DNA from: Candidatus Krumholzibacteriota bacterium
GTDB taxonomy: Bacteria > Krumholzibacteriota > Krumholzibacteriia > LZORAL124-64-63
Direction of reading: 5' to 3'
NCBI GenBank assembly: GCA_039714075.1
Contig: JBDLKA010000011.1
Coordinates: 1 to 54,831, forward strand
DNA: 54,831 nt
Shown here: in pieces, positions 48,233-54,831 of the stretch
How positions within the stretch are numbered: position 1 is the first letter of the stretch
How the letters are laid out: each line of letters starts with the position of its first letter
The notes under the pieces: generated by a model
What the model was told of the DNA's origin: nothing
The model's input: only the letters and a program-made list of their open reading frames with translations
Databases searched by the model: none
Position numbers and translations under genes: made by a program

Positions 48233-51200
48233 ATGCGCACGCCCCTGTCAATGACCCCGGTCCGACGCGATTTCCTTCCTTGGATTCCCCTGATCCTCCT
48301 GATGTTGCTTGCTCCCCAGTCGACGGCTTTTGCCGCCGATGATACCGATGGGGTTATTACGCAGCGCCTCCAGGTCCGACTGGGAGCCAAGGCGATGACC
48401 GAGGAAACCGTGCCCGTCTGGGTCTATTTCACCGACCGGGGTGTCGCGAAATCAGGCCTGTCCGCGGCGCTGGATCAGGCCGAGCGCAACCTCCATCCGC
48501 GCGCCGCGAAGCGCCGGGCCAAGGTGATGGAACCGGGAGGCTCGCTCGTGGACGAACGGGATCTTCCGGTTGCCGCAGCCTACATCGATGCCGTGACGGG
48601 CGCGGGGGCGGATCATCGGGAAGTCAGCCGCTGGTTCAACGCCGCCAGCTTCAACGCGACAGCCGAGCAGATCGAGGCCATTGCAAGGCTGCCCTTCGTC
48701 GGCAAGGTTGACGCGGTCGCCCAGGGCATCCGCAGGTCCGATCCGCCGGGCGATGCGGATCCCGCCGAGTCCCTGACCGGCCTGACGGACAAATCGGTCA
48801 CCTCCATCTACGATTACGGCTCCAGCCTGACCCAGGCGCAACTGGCAAACGTGCCGGCCGCCCACGATGCCGGCTGGACAGGCAGCGGTGTACTGGTCGG
48901 TTTCCTGGATTCGGGTTTCCGGACAACCCACGATGCGTTTACCCATCTGGACGTGGTGGCCACCTATGACTTCGTCAACGACGACACCATCGTGGACAAC
49001 GAGCCGGAGGATCCCGCGGATGCCTATAAACACGGCAGCATGGCCCTGTCCGACTTCGCCGCCTTCAGCGAAGGCAATCTGGTCAGCCCCGCCTTCAACG
49101 CCTCTGTGATCCTGGCCAAAACCGAGGATGTCGGCGACGAGCAACCCATCGAGGAGGACTACTGGGTCGCGGGCCTGGAGTGGATCGAATCCCTGGGGGC
49201 GGACCTGGCTTCCAGCAGCCTGGGCTACTACTACTGGTACACCTACGAGGATCTGGACGGCGACACGGCGGTGACCACCCGCGCGGCGGACATGGCCGCG
49301 GGTCTGGGCATGTTGGTCATCACCTCGGCGGGCAACGAGCGCAGCAGCGAGTGGGGCTGGGTGACCGCCCCGGCCGACGGGGACAGCGTCGTGGCCGTCG
49401 GCGCCACCTACAACAACGGATATGTCGCCTACTTCTCGAGTCCCGGGCCGACCTATGACGGACGCATCAAGCCCGATGTGATGGCCATGGGCCGCTCCGT
49501 TGCCATGATCAAACCCGATGATGACTTGGCCTACACCACGTGGTCCGGCACCTCCTTCGCCTGTCCCATCACCTCCGGTGTGGCGGCCCTTCTGCTGGAG
49601 AGGCATCCCTACCTGACACCCATGCAGATCCGGGACGCCCTGCGCGAGACTGCCGACAAGGCCGATTCCCCCGACAACGACTATGGCTGGGGAATGATCA
49701 ATGCCGTGGCCGCTCTCGACTACTTCGTTCCCAAGTTCAGCCATACGGTGTTGAACGACACCGAGGACCAATCCGGTCCGTATGGAATCGTCTGCACCCT
49801 GACCGCCACCGCGGGACTGGTGACCGGTACCGAGACACTGATGGTCCGGTTCAACGGCGGAACCTGGCAGGCCATCCCCCTGGCGAACACCACGGGGGAT
49901 ACCTGGACCGCCGACATCCCGGGCCAGCCCCACGGCACGCTGGTCGAATACTACCTGACGGCGGACAATACCTTCGGGGAAACGGGCGTCCTGCCTGTCG
50001 GTGCTCCTGCGGTGGTATTTTCCTTCAACGTGAACATCGATGCCGATTCCCCGGTCATCACTCACGCCGCCATCCCCGACTGGCCGTCCAGACACTGGCC
50101 CGCCTTCGTGACCACCGAGGCCACCGATAACGCCTTCCTTACCAGTGTCACGGTGGACTGGACCCTGAACGGGGTCGCCCAAACCCCCTTTCCCCTGGTT
50201 CAGGGAGAGGGGGACACGTATTCGTCCTTCTTCCCTGCCGGAGGGCCCGCCCCGGCCACCGGTGACACCGTGACCTACAGCATTTCCGCCCAGGACGGCG
50301 CCGGAGTGCCCAACATCACGGTGGACGGGCCTCACACCGTCGCTTTGACCGCGTCCCTCGGCCGCGTGCTCGTGGTGGACGACACCCAGGGCGGGACCGG
50401 CCCGGCCGACATGGCCCTGTGGTTGACCAACCTCGGCTACGACCACCAGACCATCACCCCGGACGGCCTTCTGACAACCAACCTCGAGAGCTGGCAGGTC
50501 ATGGTCCTGTCGACCGGAAGCGCGGAGAACCCGGCCATTTCCTCGTCCAATCCCGTCTACCGGGAGGTGATTCGCGAGTGGGCCGATATGGGCGGCCCCA
50601 TTTTCCTCGAGAGCGGCAACGTGGCGCCGAACATTGTTTTCTACGATGAGGAATTCGCGCAGGATGTGTTCCGGCTCAAGGCCAATCTTCCGAGCAACGG
50701 GGGCTATTTCGTTCGCAACGCCGCCACCGCGGACCATCCGGTCGTGACGACTCCCAACGCCCTGGGATCGAGCATGATCCTCCCTTACAACGTGAATGGC
50801 CAGGACACGGTCCTGCCGACTCCGGGAGCGGTGTCCCTGTATTCCCCGTACAGTTTTCCGGGCGCCGCCGGCGTTCTGGCCTATGACGACACTTCCGCGC
50901 CGCAGGGTGGGCATTTCGTCTACCTGACGGGTGACATCACCACCTTCTGGGCCAGCGCCAACGTCGATCTGCTCTTCGAGAACGCCATGGAATGGCTTGC
51001 GGCCGTCGAACCCGCGCCGAGCGCTTCCATCTCAGGCCAGGTCAACCTGCTGGGCGCCACCGACGGCGGCGTCACCGTGACCGCCGGCCGTTTCTACGAG
51101 ACCACGACCGCGCCCGACGGCACCTTCACCCTGCCCGACATGTACGAGGGCATCCACACGGTGAGGGTTTTCCATCCCGGCTTCGAGGTGGGGTTGGTGG

Positions 51201-51967
51201 ACGTGACCCTGGCGGTGGACGAACACCTGACCGGTCTGGACTTCGAGTTGAGCCCGACCGAGGAGTTCGTTGCCTACAACGACACTGTCACCGCCATTCC
51301 GGGCAGCAACGCCCTGGGTGTCGACATGTTCATCGAGTTCGGACCGGAACATGTGGGCAAGACCCTGGCGGACATCCAGGTGACGGTGGACATCAGCCAC
51401 CAGAACTCGGGTGAAGTCACGCTCAAGCTTTTCAGCCCCACGGGTACCGAGGTTTGCCTGCGGCACCGCACCGGCGGTGGGGATATCGACATCGTGGGAA
51501 CCTTCGCCACGGACCTGTCCGTCGATGGTCCAGGCAGCCTGGACGACTACCTGGGCGAGCCCATCGAGGGCATCTGGCGCCTGAACGTCTCGGACACCGT
51601 GATTCAGGTGAATGGCGAGGTCAACTACTGGGCGCTGCACCTGTTCTCCGCGCTGGACGTGTCCGCGGTGGAGGATGGGAATCCGCCGCACCGGACCGCG
51701 CTCTTGGCCAACGTCCCTAATCCCTTCAACCCCCTGACCAGGATCGCCTTCGACATGGCCCGGGACGGTCATGCCAAGCTGGCGGTTTATGATCTCGGGG
51801 GACGGAGGATCCGCACCCTGGTCGACGGCCATCTGCCGGCCGGCCGGCATGCATTGGTCTGGGACGGGAAGGATTCCGGTGGCCGCCAGGCGGCCAGCGG
51901 GGTCTATCTCTACCGGCTGGAAACGGGCTCCGATACCTGGCAGAGAAAAATGCTCCTGATCAAGTAA
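48233..51967 (+). CDS. Secreted S8 subtilisin-like protease with proprotein-convertase P-domain and FlgD-Ig/T9SS-like CTD
   Basis: Triad FLDSG, KHGSM, SGTSFACP; SAGNE; P-domain (DISH...L.SP.GT...GIWRLNVSD); PNPFNP...KMLLIK. Confidence 0.93.
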   Translation: MRTPLSMTPVRRDFLPWIPLILLMLLAPQSTAFAADDTDGVITQRLQVRLGAKAMTEETVPVWVYFTDRGVAKSGLSAALDQAERNLHPRAAKRRAKVMEPGGSLVDERDLPVAAAYIDAVTGAGADHREVSRWFNAASFNATAEQIEAIARLPFVGKVDAVAQGIRRSDPPGDADPAESLTGLTDKSVTSIYDYGSSLTQAQLANVPAAHDAGWTGSGVLVGFLDSGFRTTHDAFTHLDVVATYDFVNDDTIVDNEPEDPADAYKHGSMALSDFAAFSEGNLVSPAFNASVILAKTEDVGDEQPIEEDYWVAGLEWIESLGADLASSSLGYYYWYTYEDLDGDTAVTTRAADMAAGLGMLVITSAGNERSSEWGWVTAPADGDSVVAVGATYNNGYVAYFSSPGPTYDGRIKPDVMAMGRSVAMIKPDDDLAYTTWSGTSFACPITSGVAALLLERHPYLTPMQIRDALRETADKADSPDNDYGWGMINAVAALDYFVPKFSHTVLNDTEDQSGPYGIVCTLTATAGLVTGTETLMVRFNGGTWQAIPLANTTGDTWTADIPGQPHGTLVEYYLTADNTFGETGVLPVGAPAVVFSFNVNIDADSPVITHAAIPDWPSRHWPAFVTTEATDNAFLTSVTVDWTLNGVAQTPFPLVQGEGDTYSSFFPAGGPAPATGDTVTYSISAQDGAGVPNITVDGPHTVALTASLGRVLVVDDTQGGTGPADMALWLTNLGYDHQTITPDGLLTTNLESWQVMVLSTGSAENPAISSSNPVYREVIREWADMGGPIFLESGNVAPNIVFYDEEFAQDVFRLKANLPSNGGYFVRNAATADHPVVTTPNALGSSMILPYNVNGQDTVLPTPGAVSLYSPYSFPGAAGVLAYDDTSAPQGGHFVYLTGDITTFWASANVDLLFENAMEWLAAVEPAPSASISGQVNLLGATDGGVTVTAGRFYETTTAPDGTFTLPDMYEGIHTVRVFHPGFEVGLVDVTLAVDEHLTGLDFELSPTEEFVAYNDTVTAIPGSNALGVDMFIEFGPEHVGKTLADIQVTVDISHQNSGEVTLKLFSPTGTEVCLRHRTGGGDIDIVGTFATDLSVDGPGSLDDYLGEPIEGIWRLNVSDTVIQVNGEVNYWALHLFSALDVSAVEDGNPPHRTALLANVPNPFNPLTRIAFDMARDGHAKLAVYDLGGRRIRTLVDGHLPAGRHALVWDGKDSGGRQAASGVYLYRLETGSDTWQRKMLLIK

Positions 51968-51988
51968 CAGCCTGAAAGGCGAGATAAC

Positions 51989-54831
51989 GTGTCGAAATCC
52001 ATTCTTGTGATCCTGGCCCTGGCGGTGCTGGGGGCCAACCCCTCGTTCGCCGGTGAAATCGCTCCCGGGCTGGAAGCCCAGCTGGCCGGCATGGCCGACA
52101 CCGACGAATTGAAAGTCCTGGTGGTTTTGAAGGACCAGGTCGATGTGGCGGCCATGGACCGCAACCTGCACATGGCCAAGACGACCCGCGTCGAGCGCCA
52201 CCGGATGGTCGTGTCCTCGTTGCGGGACCAGGCTGCGGCGACTCAGGGTGATCTTCTGGCCTCCCTGTCGGCAAAATCGACCAAGGGAGTTCGCGGTTAC
52301 CGGTCCCATTGGCTGATCAACGGCGTCGTCGTGACGGCCGAGGTGGGTACCATACGTGAACTGGCCCTTCGGCCCGACGTGGGAAGGGTCGAACCGGCAG
52401 CCAGGATTGAACTGATCGAACCCGTGGAAACGACACTGGACGACAAGAACGCCGACCCTCCGTCGCGGTACGTGCCCGATGGCATCGGTTCCATCCGCTC
52501 CCACGAGGTCTGGTACTCCCTGGGGATCGACGGCACCGGTACAATCGTCGGCGGACTGGACACGGGTGTAGACCTGCTCCATCCGGCGCTGACCGACAAG
52601 TGGCTCGCCCGCCGGCCCGATGTCACGGCGGCCGAAGCCTGGTTCATCCCGGGCGAATTTGGTGATCCCAAGGGTCCTTCCGACGAGCACGGGCACGGTA
52701 CCCACACCATGGGGACGATGTGCGGCGTCACGGCCACCGACACGGTCGGCGTGGCGCCGGGCGCCGAATGGATCGCCTCGAACGCCGTCTACAACTACGA
52801 GGACGTTTTCGACATCGGCATCATCGCCGCCATGGAGTTCTTCGCCGACCCGGACGGCGACTCCGGGACCACCGATGATGTCCCGGACGTCGTCAACAAC
52901 AGCTGGGGCCAGATCACTCCCGATCCGGCCGCCGGCTACCTGGAATGCGACAGCATCTACTGGGACGCCATCGACAACTGCGAGGCCGCGGGCGTCGTGA
53001 TGATCTTCGCCGCCGGCAACGAGGGTCCCACAGCCGGCTCCCTGCGGATGCCGGCCGACCGCGCCACGACGGCGACCAACTGTTTCGCCGTGGGCTCGGT
53101 CTACCCGACACCGCCCTTCCTGACCAGCTTCTTCTCTAGCCGGGGCCCTTCGGCCTGCGGCGGCCCCCATGAGATCAAACCCGAGGTCATGGCACCCGGA
53201 AACGGGATCTACAGCACCTGGCCCGGCGGCGGATATGCCTATCTCAGCGGCACTTCCATGGCGGCTCCCCACGTGTCGGGCGTCGTGGCCCTTATGCGCC
53301 AAGCCAACCCGAATGCCGACGTGACGACCATCAAGGAAACCCTGATGGCCACCGCAATCGATATCAGGGACATAGGCGAAGACAACGAATCCGGGTGGGG
53401 TTTGATCGATGCCTACGAAGCCGTGCTCGCCATCATGCCCCACACAGGCACCGTGAGCGGAGTCATTACCGACGGAAGCACCGGGCTTCCCTGCGAGGGT
53501 GTGATGGTCGCCCGGGTGGGAGGGCTTGAAACCTTCACCACCGGCCCGGATGGTGCCTACAGCTTTTTCCTGCCTTCAGGGGTTCAGGAATTCACGGCCA
53601 AGATATTCGGCTACGACGACGGCCTGATCAGCGTGACCATCCTGGATGATTTGACGGTCAATGGTGATCTGACCCTGAATCTCCAACCTGTCGCCACGGT
53701 CAGCGGCACGGTCTATGACCCCGACGGTCTGCCTTTGGAAGGCGCCCAGGTCGAGGCCATGGAAACCCCGGCCGCTCCCGTTTCCACTGACGCGGCCGGG
53801 TATTATGAGCTGGTCCTGCCCATCGACCCGGGTAATCCCTACCTGGTGCGGGCCACGGCCTCCGGCCTGGGTTTCCTGTTCCAGGATGTAAGTTTGGCGG
53901 GCAACACGACTGTCGATTTCATCCTGCCGCCGGATACCACCGAGGATTTCGAATCGAACCATTTGTACGATTACCCCTGGTACCAGACCGACGATACCGG
54001 TTGGCACCTGTTCTGGCATACGACGACCGGGGCCTGGGAGGGATCGTACTGCGTCCGCTCAGCGGTCACCCCGAACAGCAATTCTTCGGGTCTGGCCATC
54101 GACTATGATGTGGCCGAGGCGGGGAACATTAGCTTCCGGTTCCGGGTCAACACCGAGGAGTTCTACGACTTATTCAACTTCTACGTGGACGATGTCGTGG
54201 TCGGGACCTGGTCGGGGGAAACCGACTGGGCGGAATTCGTCCACGCGGTAAGCGCCGGCCCCCACACCTTCAAGTGGGAATACACCAAGGACGGATCGTA
54301 TTTTCCCGTGAACGACGGGGCCTGGGTCGACTTCATCACCTTCCCCCTGGAGGCGGTGCCGCCCGGGCCCACGGTGTCGGTCAGCACCTCGAACATCACC
54401 ACGATCCTGCAGCCTGACGCCACGGCCTCGGTTCCGGTGACGGTTTTCAATACCGGGGCGGTCGGTCTGGAGTTCAACGCCAAGGTCCTGAAGGTCGATC
54501 CGGCGAAGGCCGCGGGGGTCGATCCCTTCGGTTATGTCTGGAAGGATAGCGACGAACCGGACGGGCCGGCCTACGACTGGATCGACATCTCGGCCGACGG
54601 CGTGGACGCCGGGGTGGCCGACGACGCCCTGCTGGGCCCGTTCGCCCTGGGCTTCACCATGCCTTTCTACGGAGCCGACTACGACAGCGTCTGGATCGGC
54701 ACCAACGGCTTCCTGTCGTTCACCGGCGACAGCCATGATTACCGCAACGGGTTGATCCCGGACGCGGCGGTGCCAAACGGCCATCTGGCCTTCTTCTGGG
54801 ATGACATGCGCAGCAACCAGGGCGGGACCAT
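51989..54831 (+). CDS. Secreted S8 protease (bacillopeptidase F-like) with carboxypeptidase-regulatory-like repeats; runs off the window end (not in ORF track)
   Basis: Hand translation from GTG 51989: MSKSILVILALAVLGANPSFA..., GLDTGVD, HGHGTHTMGT, FAAGNEG, SGTSMAAPHV, later DPFGYVWKDSDEPDGPAYDWIDIS; no stop seen. Confidence 0.92.
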   Translation, partial: MSKSILVILALAVLGANPSFAGEIAPGLEAQLAGMADTDELKVLVVLKDQVDVAAMDRNLHMAKTTRVERHRMVVSSLRDQAAATQGDLLASLSAKSTKGVRGYRSHWLINGVVVTAEVGTIRELALRPDVGRVEPAARIELIEPVETTLDDKNADPPSRYVPDGIGSIRSHEVWYSLGIDGTGTIVGGLDTGVDLLHPALTDKWLARRPDVTAAEAWFIPGEFGDPKGPSDEHGHGTHTMGTMCGVTATDTVGVAPGAEWIASNAVYNYEDVFDIGIIAAMEFFADPDGDSGTTDDVPDVVNNSWGQITPDPAAGYLECDSIYWDAIDNCEAAGVVMIFAAGNEGPTAGSLRMPADRATTATNCFAVGSVYPTPPFLTSFFSSRGPSACGGPHEIKPEVMAPGNGIYSTWPGGGYAYLSGTSMAAPHVSGVVALMRQANPNADVTTIKETLMATAIDIRDIGEDNESGWGLIDAYEAVLAIMPHTGTVSGVITDGSTGLPCEGVMVARVGGLETFTTGPDGAYSFFLPSGVQEFTAKIFGYDDGLISVTILDDLTVNGDLTLNLQPVATVSGTVYDPDGLPLEGAQVEAMETPAAPVSTDAAGYYELVLPIDPGNPYLVRATASGLGFLFQDVSLAGNTTVDFILPPDTTEDFESNHLYDYPWYQTDDTGWHLFWHTTTGAWEGSYCVRSAVTPNSNSSGLAIDYDVAEAGNISFRFRVNTEEFYDLFNFYVDDVVVGTWSGETDWAEFVHAVSAGPHTFKWEYTKDGSYFPVNDGAWVDFITFPLEAVPPGPTVSVSTSNITTILQPDATASVPVTVFNTGAVGLEFNAKVLKVDPAKAAGVDPFGYVWKDSDEPDGPAYDWIDISADGVDAGVADDALLGPFALGFTMPFYGADYDSVWIGTNGFLSFTGDSHDYRNGLIPDAAVPNGHLAFFWDDMRSNQGGT

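Overview
High-GC bacterial chromosomal window with no mobile elements, rRNA, tRNA or CRISPR detected. The secreted proteins end either in FlgD-Ig/'PNPFNP' domains or in 'SWxxVKAL[YF]R' tails, which suggests an FCB-related candidate phylum such as Krumholzibacteriota/Latescibacterota (inference only). Contents in order: EEP nuclease fragment, ferritin-like gene, PAS hybrid kinase, NhaC transporter and OM barrel; a Campylobacterota-style napAGHBFD nitrate reductase operon followed by a pentaheme cytochrome; a cytochrome b-Rieske-multiheme/TPR operon; acs with a DUF294 relic and a DcaP-like porin; a GT-C/sulfatase-like envelope pair; a cbb3 oxidase cluster (ccoI-S-NO-Q-P-G plus an unlisted 42-aa FixH-like ORF); a gene pair of a nearly passenger-less sorting-domain protein and a large secreted protein; and a ggt-HTCS locus facing two paralogous secreted proteins and two S8 proteases. 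Best novelty candidates: (i) a short C-terminal sorting tail that is intact in one paralog and degenerated in register in the other; (ii) a possible piggy-back secretion adaptor pair; (iii) a Rieske/cyt b complex with a multiheme-TPR subunit; (iv) a duplicated AraC-type operator/promoter that points to an HTCS regulon of proteases. No database searches were run, so family calls rest on motifs recognised by eye.
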